DNA from: an uncultured Actinomycetes bacterium
Lineage (GTDB): Bacteria; Actinomycetota; Thermoleophilia; UBA2241
Assembly: GCA_963725665.1 (NCBI GenBank)
Contig: CAVRZA010000001.1
Span: 480,001-544,000 of the forward strand
Length of the DNA stretch: 64,000 bases
Reading direction: 5' to 3'
Below, one piece after another: positions 1 through 11,700 of the stretch; position 1 is the stretch's first letter; each line of letters starts with the position of its first letter. The notes beneath the pieces were generated by a model. The model was given only the letters and a program-made list of their open reading frames with translations. It searched no databases and was not told the origin of the DNA. Made by a program: the position numbers and the translations under genes.

Positions 1-126
1 CTCCACGTGTCAGCGATGGAGCGGCCAGAAGGAGGGCTCGTCGCGGACTTCTACTGGGTCCTCGGCTACACGGTGGTGTTCTTCGCCCTGGGCGTTCTCG
101 CCTTCAGACGGAGGATGGTAGAGTGA
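1..126 (+). CDS. 3' end of membrane protein, possibly ABC-2-type permease (partial)
   Basis: Frame 1 reads ...DFYWVLGYTVVFFALGVLAFRRRMVE*, a TM helix with basic tail; 5' part outside window. Confidence 0.5.
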   Translation, partial: LHVSAMERPEGGLVADFYWVLGYTVVFFALGVLAFRRRMVE

Positions 127-172
127 GCCGGCCCCGAGCAAAGACCGTCATCAGCGTAGAGGGAGGCATCCC

Positions 173-815
173 ATGGCCACGCAGCCCGAGTCTTACGCCG
201 CCCGCCTGGACATCGACTACCCGGAGAAGCTCGATCGGCTCACGACCTTGTTCCGGCTGCATCTGGATCATCCCAATCGCCATCGTCTACGGCGTGCTCT
301 CCTCCGCCGTAACGTGGACGGAGGTCACCCACACTGGCGCCACGATCACAAGGACCGGCGGGGGGATTACCGGCGGCCTCTTCTTCGCGACCCTGCTGAT
401 GCTGCTGTTCCGGCAGAAGTACCCGCGCTGGTGGTTCGACTTCGCGCGGGAGTTCACACGTTTCGGGGCGCGGGTCTCCGCCTACTTCGTCTTGCTCACC
501 GACGCGTATCCTTCGACGACCGACGAGCAGTCGGTGCACCTCGAGTTAGACTACCCCGACGTCGAGCGCGACCTCACCCGCTGGATGCCCCTAGTCAAGT
601 GGCTGCTGGCCATCCCGCACTACATCGTGCTCTTCGTACTCGTCATCGGCGCCGTCTTCGCCGTGATCATCGCCTGGTTCGCCATTCTCTTCACCGGGCG
701 GTATCCTCGCGGGTTGTTCGACTACGTCGTCGGCGTCGGCAGGTGGTCACTGCGGGTCGAGGCCTACGCCTTCCTGCTCGTCACCGACCGCTACCCGCCG
801 TTCAGCCTGCGATGA
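173..815 (+). pseudogene. DUF4389-family membrane protein, frameshifted near 260
   Basis: GGAGG RBS before ATG173; MATQPESYAARLDIDYPEKLDRLTTLFRL continues in another frame as IWIIP...LFRQKYPRWWFDF...TDRYPPFSL (duplicated DUF4389 unit). Confidence 0.8.
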
Positions 816-909
816 TCTGAGGGGCGACGGGCCGTCCCGGATCCGGGCGGCAGCGGGCTGCGATTGCACCGAAGTCGTGGCGTGCCGCCATGTGCAAACA
901 CGGCGTCAC

Positions 910-1059
910 GAACAATCCGTCTTCCCTTGGCAGAACGACTACGTCTTCATCACATCCGACATTCTCGAGCGCGAGCCCACCGTGGAGGTGTTCGACGATG
1001 AGCCCGCGTGGGAACTCAGCGGCCACTGTCCGATCGCGATCGAGTGGGGAGACGCCTGA
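910..1059 (+). pseudogene. C-terminal fragment of exonuclease/endonuclease/phosphatase-family protein
   Basis: FPWQNDYVF...WELSGHCPI resembles the EEP terminal motifs (DYxF...SDHxP); no N-terminus. Confidence 0.45.
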
Positions 1060-1203
1060 ACACCATCGGAACAGCGCCGCCTCCCACCGCAGGCGTCTCC
1101 GGCCTCGCCAGGGCGGTGAGCTCTCGCAATCCGTGCCCCGGGTTGGCCATGCGCGATGCGGGGAACACTCAGCCATCCACGAAGAAATTAGGAGGCGTCC
1201 TCC

Positions 1204-1693
1204 ATGCCTGCTGTAGAACAGTCCATCGACGTGAACGTCGACGTGTCCACGGCCTACGACCAGTGGACCAGGTTCGAGAGCTTCCCTCAGTGGATGGAGG
1301 GGGTTGCGTCGGTCGACCAGATCGACGACACGCCACCTCCACTGGGTGGCCAAGGTCAAGAACGAGGTCGCCGAGGTCGAGAACGAGACCCGTGAGTGGG
1401 ACGCCCAGATCACCGGGCGAATCCGCGACGAGCGCATCTCCTGGGAGAGCGTCGGCGGGGATCCTGATGCGAAGCCAAATGCGGGGCAGGCCACGTTTGA
1501 ACCGCTCGGCGATTCGGCCTGCCGCGTCACCTTTCGGATGGAGTGGGAGCCGGAAGGTAAGCTCAAGTCGAATGAAAGCTACGTGCTCGCTGCAGTGACC
1601 CAGGTGGTGACGGCGGATCTCGCGCGCTTCAAGGACTTCATCGAGGCGCGCGGTGAGGAGACCGGCTCGTGGCGCGGCGAGATGGGCGTCTGA
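1204..1693 (+). pseudogene. SRPBCC/polyketide cyclase family protein, frameshifted near 1332
   Basis: MPAVEQSIDVNVDVSTAYDQWTRFESFPQWMEGV joins HLHWVAK...REWDAQIT...DLARFKDFIEARGEETGSWRGE in second frame. Confidence 0.85.
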
Positions 1694-1737
1694 GAGACGT
1701 CCTAGAGACCGCCGCTCCTCAGGGACGTGATGAAACG

Positions 1738-2758
1738 ATGAAGGCGATCGTGCAAGAGAGGTACGGATCTCCTGATGATCTGGAGCTCCGAGACGTCGAG
1801 AAGCCGGTGGTCGGCGATGACGAAGTCCTCGTGCGCGTTCAAGCGGCTTCGCTCCACCCGGACGTGTGGCACGTCGTGACCGGGCGACCCTTCCGTCCTA
1901 CGCCTGATGGGAGCTGGGTTCTCCAGACCCAAGAACCCGATCCCCGGTACGGACATGGCGGGGATCGTCGAGTCTGTCGGCAAGAGCGTGACACGGTTTC
2001 GTCCCGGCGACCCGGTGTTCGGCGAGACGATTCCCGCCCAGCAATGGGTCAACGGCGGCGCCTTCGCCGAGTATGTGTCCGTCCGTCAAGACCTGCTGGC
2101 GCTAAAACCGGACGACGTCACCTTCGAGCAAGCCGCCTCCGTCCCGACCTCCGGCTTCATCGCCCTGCAGAACCTCCGCGGCCTGAGTCAGCGGCGGGGG
2201 CAGATGGTGCTGATCAACGGTGGCGGGGGCGGGGTGGGCGCGCTCGCCGTGCAGATCGCCAAGGCCTACGGCGCGCACGTGACCGCCGTGGACAGCACGA
2301 GCAAGCTGGGGATGCTGCGCTCGCTCGGGGCAGACGAGGTCGTCGACTACTCACGGGAAGACTTCACGCGACGTGGCGTTCGCTACGACCTCATCTTCGA
2401 CGTCCCGGGGAACTACCCGTTCTCCGCCTGTCGGCGCGCGCTCAAACCTGACGGGAGATACGTGCTCATCGGGCATGAGCGCTTTGGAGCATCAGGCAAG
2501 CGCGTGTTCGGGCTCATCCCCCATTTCCTCACGCTCATGGTGCTCTCACGCTTCGTGAGGCAGCTGCGCGGTCCGGGCGTATCGGTGCCCACCAAGAACG
2601 AAGCGATCGCCGTCCTCAGGGAACTCCTCGAGACCGGGAAGATCACGCCGATCATCGACAGCACGTACCACCTCAGTGAGGTTCGCGAGGCGTTCCGGCA
2701 CATGATCGAGCACGAGCTCCAAGGTAAGGTGATCGTCACTCCGGCGGAAGCTGTCTGA
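1738..2758 (+). pseudogene. NAD(P)-dependent MDR/quinone oxidoreductase-like (Zn-ADH family), frameshift near 1893
   Basis: MKAIVQERYGSPDDL...VRVQAASL then PGTDMAGIVE, VLINGGGGGVG, GKVIVT in second frame. Confidence 0.85.
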
Positions 2759-2853
2759 CGACGGCATGCACCTGACCAGGCTACACGCCACAGGTCATGC
2801 CGAGGTCGTAGATAGCACTCGGAGGGGGCGTGGCTGCGCGACGTCCTCGACAG

Positions 2854-3012
2854 CTAGTGCTCCGCGAACACCAGCCCCGCGATCAGCGCTGCCGCCTCCC
2901 CCTGCACCGCCGGGGTGGCGTGCGAGTAGGCGTTGAGCGTGATCGAGACGGTGGCGTGACCAAGCCGCTCGGACACGACCTTGGGGTGCACGCCGGCCTG
3001 CAGCGCCAGGGT
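2854..3012 (-). repeat. Integrase 3'-end remnant (tail 1)
   Basis: Minus strand encodes TLALQAGVHPKVVSERLGHATVSITLNAYSHATPAVQGEAAALIAGLVFAEH*. Confidence 0.9.
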
Positions 3013-3023
3013 GAGCAACAGCA

Positions 3024-3641
3024 TCAAGTGTTCTTCAGCACGATGCTCTCGAGGATGTTGGCGACGTCCTCACACTGGTCGATCGCACCCTCGAGTGTCG
3101 CGTAGATGTCCTTCCACTTGATGATGTCGGTGCACTTCATGTCGCCGTCGAACAGCTCGGCGACGGCGTCGCGATAGAGCCGGTCGCCGTCGTTTTCGAG
3201 GCGGTTGACCTCGATCCAGTGCTCGTCGAGGCCCTTGCGCTTCTCGAGGTTGTCGATGGCCGTCTTGAGCACGGCCGTCTGCTTGGCGATCACCGCGGCC
3301 TGCTCGACGGCCTGCTTCGTGGGCGCCTCGATGCGGTAGAGGACCATCATGTCGGCCGCCGCTTCGATGCTGTCGAGGACTTCGTCGAGGGTGGCGGCGA
3401 GGTCGTAGATGTCTTCGCGCTCGAGGGGCGTGATGAAGGTCTTGTTCAGGCGCCCGACGATGTCGTGCACGAGCTTGTCGCCGACGTGCTCGAGATCGAA
3501 CATCTGGCGGGCCTTGCCCTTCGCGTCGTGGAAGTCGCTCGTGAGCGAGACGAGGAGCTGCGCCGCCGCGTCGAGGTTGGCGGCGAACTCCGAGAACAGG
3601 CGGAAGTACTCCCGCTCCTGCGGTACCAGGTTGAGTTTCAC
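3024..3641 (-). CDS. DUF47 / PhoU-like phosphate transport regulator
   Basis: LEHVGDKLVHDI...LNKTFITPLEREDI, LENDGD...WKDIY..LE.AID.CEDVAN; GTG start after GGAGGGG. Confidence 0.9.
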   Translation of the reverse strand: MKLNLVPQEREYFRLFSEFAANLDAAAQLLVSLTSDFHDAKGKARQMFDLEHVGDKLVHDIVGRLNKTFITPLEREDIYDLAATLDEVLDSIEAAADMMVLYRIEAPTKQAVEQAAVIAKQTAVLKTAIDNLEKRKGLDEHWIEVNRLENDGDRLYRDAVAELFDGDMKCTDIIKWKDIYATLEGAIDQCEDVANILESIVLKNT

Positions 3642-3846
3642 GCGGCCCCCTCCTGACCGGTCAAGCCCCTCTTCATAGGCAAGCGAGGGGCGGGGCCCTC
3701 GGGACATCTATGGTAGCGGAGTGGCACGGCGGATCAACCGATGGGCCGACACCCACAGCACCCTCCGACTGAGACCAGCGACGCGATCGTTACCCCCGGG
3801 CTACGGATGCGACCGCTGCGGGTGCACGATGGCTGCGGACCTCAAG

Positions 3847-4320
3847 TCACTCGGTGCTGAACACCAGCCCCGCGATCAGTGCCGCCGCCTCCTCCTGCAT
3901 CGCCGGGATGGCATGCGAGTAGGTGTCGAGGGTGATCGAGACGGTGGCGTGACCGAGGCGCTCGGAGACGACCTTGGGATGCACACCGGCCTGCAGGGCC
4001 AGCGTCGCATGGGTGTGGCGCAGGTCGTGCAGACGGATCTGTGGCAACATCGCCTTCTTGACCGCCTGACGGAAGTAGCGTGAGACATCCTCGGGGTCGA
4101 GGGCCTCGCCGTTCTCGAGCGTGAAGACGAACCCCGTCTCGACCCACCCGTCCGCCCAGTCGCTCTGCTCGTCGAGCTGGCGTTGAGCCTGCTTCTTGAG
4201 GACCTCGACGGTTGCGGGGTCGAGGGCGATCACCCGCCGACCTTTGGCTGTCTTGGGCTCACTGACGACGACCTCGCCGTTGATGGGGATGAGGGCGCGG
4301 CGTACAGAGAGACGAGCGTT
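3847..4320 (-). pseudogene. Integrase C-terminal remnant (tail 2, ~157 codons)
   Basis: ARLSVRRALIP...PKTAKGRR...IRLHDLRHTHAT...LGHATVSITLDTYSH; abuts the MFS stop codon. Confidence 0.92.
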
Positions 4321-5557
4321 ACTGCAGTCCGGGAGAGGTAGTCGCCGGCACCGCCGGCCGGACTCTCTGCAGCGCAAACAGGACGCTGCCCAGCAAGCCT
4401 GTCGCCAAGATGAGCAGGCAGGCGCCGCGTGCACCCAGATCGTCCATGGCAATCCCACCCAGGGTGGGTCCCAGGGCGAGACCGCCTATCCAGACCAGCG
4501 TCCAGGCGCCCATGTAGCGTCCCCGCAACTCCTCGGGGGCCATCTCGGAGACGATCGTCGACGATATAGGCACGAGCAGCACCACGCCCAGGCTGACCAG
4601 TAGCACCAACGCCACGATGGGCCAGCCTGGCCCAACGAAGGCCACGCCGCCCATCCCAAGCCCGATGAGAGCGCTGGCGACCGCCATGAGGCTCATCTTG
4701 TCGCAGCCGCGCAGGCGGCGCACGAGGGGGTACTGCAGGAGCACTGCGGTCAGCGCGTAGAGGGTAACGAGCAGGCCCCAGTTGGCGGCCGAGATGCCGA
4801 GCAGGCTGGCCACCGCCACGGGGAAGGTCACCCAGAGCTGACCAAAGCCGTAGAGCGGCAGCACCATAAGAGTGCAGAAGGCAAGGAAGTGACGATCGGC
4901 AAAGACGACACGATAGCCGGCCAGCGTCGAGACGGCGGTCTCGGCCTGTGTGCGCGTGGCGGGCTTGGTCTCTTTGAGCCAGAGCAGGGTGAGCAGCACG
5001 AAGAGCAGGCAGACCGCGCCCCCCAGGGCAAAGAGGGTGCGGAAGCCGAACCCGGCGCGGAGCAGGAAGCTAGCGCAGAGGGGCCCCACGACCATGCCGG
5101 CGCTCACGGCCACGCGACTTAGGGAGTAGGCCTCGGCCCGTCGGGCGAGGGGCGTGAGGTCGGCGATGATGGCGTTGTTGGCCGTCATGAACATGGCCCA
5201 GCCACAGCCGGCCTCGAAGGCGATCACGAGCACTACTGGCCAGAGGCCTTGCGAGAAGGCGAGGCCTTCCCAGAGGACGGCGCTGGCGCAGATACCGAGG
5301 ACGAGCACGGGGCGACGGCCGTAACGGTCGGCGATAGCGCCACCGAGGATCAGCACGGGCAGGCCGACGAACATCGGCAAGCCGATGATGAGCCCGACGG
5401 TCGTCATGGTAATGTGCAGGTGGCCGTGCAGGTAGATAGTCTCGTAGGGGTAGCCAAAGTTATAGCCCAGGTGGAAGATGAAGGTGCCCGTCACAAGCAG
5501 CCAGAAGGCGGCCGGGAAGACTCGGCCGCGAGCGCGCACGCTTGTTAGCAACCCCAC
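4319..5557 (-). CDS. MFS transporter
   Basis: About 12 hydrophobic segments; motif A GAIADRYGRRP; APEELRGRYMG. Confidence 0.9.
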   Translation of the reverse strand: MGLLTSVRARGRVFPAAFWLLVTGTFIFHLGYNFGYPYETIYLHGHLHITMTTVGLIIGLPMFVGLPVLILGGAIADRYGRRPVLVLGICASAVLWEGLAFSQGLWPVVLVIAFEAGCGWAMFMTANNAIIADLTPLARRAEAYSLSRVAVSAGMVVGPLCASFLLRAGFGFRTLFALGGAVCLLFVLLTLLWLKETKPATRTQAETAVSTLAGYRVVFADRHFLAFCTLMVLPLYGFGQLWVTFPVAVASLLGISAANWGLLVTLYALTAVLLQYPLVRRLRGCDKMSLMAVASALIGLGMGGVAFVGPGWPIVALVLLVSLGVVLLVPISSTIVSEMAPEELRGRYMGAWTLVWIGGLALGPTLGGIAMDDLGARGACLLILATGLLGSVLFALQRVRPAVPATTSPGLQ

Positions 5558-5862
5558 GGCGGTCCTCTCCCTCTCCCCGCTAGCTGCCTCTTGTCATCCT
5601 AGCTCACACAGCGCCTGCCCGCGCCCTGGTCGGCAGCGGCGAGGCTGGCCGAATCAGTTGGATGGGCAGTTGCTGCTGCGGCAGGATCTCCAACAGCTCG
5701 TCCGCCGGCATCGCGTCGGCGGTGACACCGAAGTGGCTGCACGTGCCGAGGATCTTCAGACGCGACACGTTACGTGAACCTGTGACGACTGTGTCCGGGG
5801 ACTCAACCATCCCGCTTGGACGCCGGCGCGGCGGATGGCAGAACCGGTGTACGCTACCCGCC

Positions 5863-6141
5863 ATGTCGGCCTTCAACATCTCCTTCATGCGCGTCGATCG
5901 CGACGAAGACCCAACGATCGCGGAGAGCTTCACTCGGGCAGTCGACTGGCCGCTCCTGCCGCGCGAAGGTAAAGGCCTCGACCTCGGCGAGGGGACTCCG
6001 TTACCGTCGAGAGCGTTGGCTGTGACTTCGACGGCTACCCGAACGTCTTCATCGGGCGCCTCGTGCTTGACGACCTCCGGGCGGCGCAACTGCGCAAACT
6101 GGCCTGGCGCGCAAGCCCGCTTCCGTTCAGCCGTCGCTGAC
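5863..6141 (+). pseudogene. Hypothetical protein, probable frameshift near 6000
   Basis: MSAFNISFMRVDRD...WPLLPREG continues plausibly as VTVESVG.DFDGYPNVFIGRLVLDD in shifted frame. Confidence 0.3.
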
Positions 6142-6404
6142 GTTCGCCTACTCGCCGCCGGGAAACCGGGTCTGTTCCTGCGGCCCGACACCTCTTGAAG
6201 ACCTATGACGAGGCCGCGCCGCATCATCCCGCCGTCCGGCAGCTGGCGCGGCTCCGCTGCAGGACTCCTCAAACAGGCCGGGTTCACGGCGCCCCGCGCC
6301 AAGTCTTCCGCCGGAGTCCTGACGGCCGCGCGTCTGGCATGTAGAGTCTGCGGCTGAGTGTGGCGGTGCAGGGACGCCGCCGGGCGGTGCCCAAGGGGGA
6401 GGGC

Positions 6405-7364
6405 ATGGAACACGCGATACCCGCCGGGTTCGAGGTGCGTCGCGCGCGACTAGACGATGCGGAGGCCGTCACGGCGCTGGTTGCCGCCTCGCAGGAGGCG
6501 CTGCGCGGCGAGGCCGAGATCAGCCGCGCGAGCGTGCTGCGCAAGTGGCGCGCGCCTCGTTTCCATCTCGAGCGCGACGCGTGGCTGGTGCAGGCTGACG
6601 ATGGACGCGTGGTGGCGTTCGGCGCCGTCCGCGAGTCCGTCCCGGGGGAGGAGTTCGAGGGCAATCTCGCCGTGCATCCCGACTACCGCGGCCTCGGCCT
6701 CGGCATGTACATCCTCGAGCGGGAGGAGGAGCGGGTGCGCGAGGCGATCGCAACGTCGGGTGCAGGCGTCGCATCACTGCGTACCTGGAGCAGTGCCGAC
6801 GCCGCCGAGCGCGAGCTCTTCGCCCAGGCCGACTTTCGCTGCGTGGCCGTCTTCTTGCGCATGGAGAAGGACCTGGCCAAGGAGCCCGAGCCTCCGGCGT
6901 TGCCAGACGGCATCCAGCCTCGGGCTTTTCGCCGCGGCGAGGACGACGCCGCCGTGTACACGGTCCTCGTCGAGGCGTTCGGCGCGGACAGCGGCGACCT
7001 CTGGGCCGATGCGGCGCAGTGGAGCCGCGACGTGGTGGACGACCCGCGCGCCGAGCCTGGCTTGTGGCTCCTCGCCTGCGAAGGCGACGAGGTCGTCGGC
7101 GTCGCCATCTGCTCCTTCGCCAACCCCAGGGGCGTCATCGAGCGCCTCGCCGTGCGCCCGGGGTGGCAGGGCAGGGGCATCGGCGGCGCCCTGCTGCGCG
7201 GCGCCTTCGTCGTTCTCTACCGGCGCGGCGCCGCCAAGGTGATCCTTGCCGTCGAGCTCGAAGTGGCCGTCGAGGCGCTCGACCTCTACCGGCGCGCCGG
7301 CATGGAGGAGGTGCGCCGCATCGAGTTCTTCGAGAAGCGCATCGCTCGCGCCATGGACTTCTGA
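6405..7364 (+). CDS. Tandem GNAT N-acetyltransferase
   Basis: Two acetyl-CoA motifs: VHPDYRGLGLG and VRPGWQGRGIG. Confidence 0.9.
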   Translation: MEHAIPAGFEVRRARLDDAEAVTALVAASQEALRGEAEISRASVLRKWRAPRFHLERDAWLVQADDGRVVAFGAVRESVPGEEFEGNLAVHPDYRGLGLGMYILEREEERVREAIATSGAGVASLRTWSSADAAERELFAQADFRCVAVFLRMEKDLAKEPEPPALPDGIQPRAFRRGEDDAAVYTVLVEAFGADSGDLWADAAQWSRDVVDDPRAEPGLWLLACEGDEVVGVAICSFANPRGVIERLAVRPGWQGRGIGGALLRGAFVVLYRRGAAKVILAVELEVAVEALDLYRRAGMEEVRRIEFFEKRIARAMDF

Positions 7365-7527
7365 GACGACGAGGGCTGGCGGAGCGACACGGGAGTGGAA
7401 CTCGCCCGGTACAGGAGCACTGCCCCGCGGGCGGTCATGAAGATCTGCGCCACCGCGAGGCTGTCTCAAGTGCGGTTCCTACGAGGGCATATCATGTCCG
7501 CATCCACGACGGATCGGGGGCGCGACG

Positions 7528-8481
7528 ATGAGGGCGATCGTTCAGGACGGGTACGGCTCAACCGACGTTCTGCGACTGAAGGACATCGACACGCCGGTGG
7601 CCGGCGACGGTGAGGTGCTTCTCCGCGTTCACGCGGCCGGCCTCAACGCCGGTGACTACTTCACCATGAGAGGCGTGCCCGTCCTCATCCGCCTAACGAT
7701 GGGTCTGCGCAGACCGAGGAACGGACGCGTGGTGGGATGGGATGTGGCCGGGCGCGTCGAGGCGGTCGGCAGCACCGTGACGCGGCTTCGACCGGGGGAC
7801 GAGGTATTTGGTGCCTGCAGCTGCACCTGTGCGGAGTATGTGTCTGCCAAGGAAGAGAGGTTCGTGCTCAAGCCGGCCGACCTCAGCTTTGAGCAGGCGG
7901 CAGCCGTACCGACGGCGGCAGCCACCGCCCTGCTCGCTCTTCGCGATGTGGGCAAGGTAGGTCCGGGGCAGAAGGTCTTGGTCAACGGTGCCTCGGGGGG
8001 CGTGGGCACGTTCGCCGTGCAGATCGCGAAGTGGCTCGGAGCGGAAGTCACCGGCGTCTGTAGCAGCAGGAACATCGATCTGATCCGCTCGCTTGGCGCC
8101 GACCACGTCATCGACTACACGCAGGAGGACTTCACGCAGGGTGGGCAGCGCTACGACCTCATCCTCGACAATGTCGGCAGCCGTTCCTTCTCAGACCACA
8201 GACTAGTCCTCACGCCCCATGGCAGGCTGATACCGAACACCGGCCATGCCGGTATGGGCTACGTCGTCAAGGCGTTTGCCTTGTCCGCAGTCGTGCGCCA
8301 GATAGCACGCCCGTTTCTTGGCACCCCGGCCAATGAGGACCTTGTCCTTCTGAAGGGACTCCTTGAGTCGGGGAAGGTGAGGCCGGTCATCGACAGGACC
8401 TACCCGCTGGAGGAGACGCCGCAGGCGATCGCCTATCTCGGGCTGGGACACGCTCGAGGAAAGGTCGTCATCACGGCATAG
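7528..8481 (+). CDS. NAD(P)-dependent MDR/quinone oxidoreductase-like (Zn-ADH family)
   Basis: MRAIVQDGYGS, VLVNGASGGVG, GHARGKVVIT. Confidence 0.9.
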   Translation: MRAIVQDGYGSTDVLRLKDIDTPVAGDGEVLLRVHAAGLNAGDYFTMRGVPVLIRLTMGLRRPRNGRVVGWDVAGRVEAVGSTVTRLRPGDEVFGACSCTCAEYVSAKEERFVLKPADLSFEQAAAVPTAAATALLALRDVGKVGPGQKVLVNGASGGVGTFAVQIAKWLGAEVTGVCSSRNIDLIRSLGADHVIDYTQEDFTQGGQRYDLILDNVGSRSFSDHRLVLTPHGRLIPNTGHAGMGYVVKAFALSAVVRQIARPFLGTPANEDLVLLKGLLESGKVRPVIDRTYPLEETPQAIAYLGLGHARGKVVITA

Positions 8482-8696
8482 CGTCCCGCGGGCGTGCATC
8501 GACGGGGGGTCGGCCCATTGTCGGTGGCGGTCTGAGAACGCCTGCAAGGGGCGGTGCTTCCATCGCCTGATACGTCATCAAGACCTGTGACGCCAGGGCC
8601 TGCTCGCCGTCGTCGCTGGTCTGGCCGGGCTTCTCTCTTGCCGACTACAGTCCCCCGTCCCGTAGGCCGAAGATAGTCATGGGACTAACATGGAAA

Positions 8697-8727
8697 GTGG
8701 ACCGACGAATGGGGTCCGGTCAGCCGG
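8697..8727 (+). promoter_or_regulatory. Conserved 31-nt leader motif, copy 1
   Basis: GTGGACCGACGAATGGGGTCCGGTCAGCCGG; 26/31 identical to 12192-12222. Confidence 0.5.
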
Positions 8728-8778
8728 TATCGATGAGTCGCATCAGGCGGCGATCGGACTTGCAGAGGGGGATCTTTG

Positions 8779-11700
8779 ATGAAGCGCTTCGTGTGGTTGC
8801 CTGTCAGTCTCTGCCTGCTATGCGTCTTCTGCCTCGCGACGCTCTTGGCCGCCCCGGAAGCGGCCAGAGCCGATGGCGCACTCAGCTCCACTCCCGACCA
8901 GCAGCCCTGGATTGCCAACGACACCGTCAACGTCATCGCCACCGCGCCCAACGGGATCACCTACGTCGGCGGCGGGTTCACGTATGTCGGCCCCAACACG
9001 GGAGGCGCCGCCGCCCTCGATGAGACAAGCGGCGCCCCGGATATGGCGTTCCCGCGGGTGGAAGGCACCGTGGAAGCGGCGGTCAGTGACGGCGCCGGCG
9101 GCTACTACATCGGCGGCGTGTTCACTCGGGTGGGCGGCGTCACCCGCAACGACATCGCCCACATCCTGCCCGACGGCTCGGTGGACCCAGCCTTCGACCC
9201 CAATGCGAACGACTCGGTCCTCACGCTGGCCGTCTCGGGCTCGACCGTCTACGCCGGCGGGACCTTCACCTCGATCGGCGGACAGACGCGCAACAACATC
9301 GCCGCCCTGTCTGCCGGCAGCGGCCTGGCCACGACCTGGGACCCCAACGCCGACAAGGAGGTCGACGCCCTCCTCGTCTCGGGCTCGACCGTCTACGCAG
9401 GCGGCTGGTTCACCTCGATCGGCGGCCAGACTCGCTACGCCATCGCCGCCCTGTCTGCCGGCAGCGGGCTCGCCACGACCTGGGCCCCCAATGCCGGCAA
9501 CGCACCGTACGGCAACGCCAACGTCTCCACCCTGGCTGTCTCGGGCTCGACCGTCTACGCCGGCGGCTGGTTCACCTCGATCGGCGGCCAGAGCCGCAGC
9601 GGCATCGCCGCCGTGTCTGCAAGCAGCGGCTCAGCCACGGCGTGGAACCCGAAGGCAGGCGGCGGCACTTCCATCGGATCTCCCGTCCTGGCCCTCGCCG
9701 TCTCGGGCTCGACCGTCTACGCGAGCGGGTTCTTCACCTCGATAGGGGGCCAGAACCGCACCTTCATCGCCGCCCTGGATGCCGGCAGCGGCCTGGCCAC
9801 GGCCTGGAATCCCAGCGCGGACGGCACAGTCAGGGCCTTCGCCGTCACGGGCTCGACCGTCTACGCCGGCGGTAACTTCACCTCGATAGGGGGCCAGAAC
9901 CGCCATGGCATCGCTGCCCTGAATGCGAGCAGTGGCGCCGCCACGACCTGGAACCCCAACCCGGTCAACGGGGTCAGCGACGGCACCGTCAACGCCCTCG
10001 TCATCTCGGGCTCGACCATCTACGCCGGCGGGGACTTCACCTCGATCGGCGGCCAGACCCGCAACGGCATCGCAGCTTTGAACGCGAGCGGCGCCGTCAC
10101 GGCGTGGAACCCCGACGCGACCTGGGGGGACTGGCAGGGGAGCATCGCCGCCATCGCCGTCTCGGGCTCGACCGTCTACGTCGGCGGGGACTTTGACTTC
10201 ATCGGCGGCCAGACCCGCAACGACATCGCCGCCTTGGACGCCGGCAGTGGCCTTGCCACGGCCTGGGATCCCGAGGCGAGCGCGACGGGCTATGCCGGGG
10301 TCTCAGCCCTCGCCGTCTCGGGCTCGACCGTCTACGCCGGCGGGCTGTTCACCTCGATCGGCGGCCAGATGCGAAATCACATCGCCGCGCTTGATGCCGG
10401 CAGCGGCCTCGCCACAGGCTGGGATCCCAACGCGGACGCCAACGTCTCCGCCTTGGCCGTCTCGGGCTCGACCGTCTACGCGGGAGGCTGGTTCACCTCG
10501 GTCGGCGGCCAGACCCGCAAGAACCTCGCCGCCCTGGATGCGACCAGCGGCCTCGCCACAGGCTGGGATCCCAGTCCCGACCGAGCGGTCGATGCCCTCG
10601 CCGTCTCGGGCTCGACCGTCTACGCCGTCGGCTACTTCACCTCGATCGGCGGCCAGAGCCGCAGCGAGATCGCCGCCGTGGATGCGACCAGCGGCCTCGC
10701 CACAGGCTGGGACCCCAACGCGGGCGGCACCTCCTACCATGAGGTCCACACACTGGCCGTCTCGGGATCGACCGTCTATGTCGGCGGCGAGTTCAGCACC
10801 ATCGGCGGTCAGGCGCGCGACAACCTCGCCGCCCTCGATGCCGGCAGCGGCCTCGCCACGGCCTGGGATCCCGGCGCGGGCGACCCGTCGTATTCCACGG
10901 TCTACGCGCTCGCCGTGTCGGGCTCGACCGTCTACGTCGGCGGGAACTTCACCTCGATCGGCGGCCACTACCAGCCGTACCTGGCGCGCTTCTCGTCGCC
11001 CACTCCTCCCACCGTGACCAGCCCCAACGGTGGCGAGACCTGGACGCTGGTTTCCACCCACGACATCACCTGGGATGCCGGCAACGGCGGCAAGGTGAAC
11101 GTCGAACTCTCGCGCGACAACGGCTCAAGCTGGGAGACCCTCTTCGCCTCGACGGCCAACGACGGCTCCGAGTCCTGGACGGTCAGCGGCCCGACCACCA
11201 GCCAGGCCCTGGTGCGGATCTCCAACGAGAAGGGCAGCGGCAGCTCCACCGCGCCGTTCACGATCGCCCCCGCCCTGACGGGCTCGATGAGCCTCGACGG
11301 CGGCGCCGCGTATGCAACGAGCACCGCGGTGACGATCGACAGCTCGGTCTCGGGCGTCACCCAGATGCGCTTCGAGAACGCCGGCGGCAGCTGGAGCACC
11401 TGGGAGGCCTACAACGCCACCAAGGCCTGGACGCTGCCCTCAGGCGACGGCGCCAAGACCGTCGAGGCCCAGTACCGTGATGCGGACGATAACGTCCTCG
11501 ATCTCTCCGCTGACGTCACCCTGGACAGCACCCCGCCGGTGACTACCAACGACGCCCCCACCGGCTGGAAGAAAGCCTCCGTGACGGTGCACTTGAGCCC
11601 GACCGATGCAGGCTCGGGCATGACCGGCGGTTCTGCCAAGACCGAGTACTCCACCGATGGCGGCACGACCTGGACGACCGGCACCTCCCTGACGATCACC

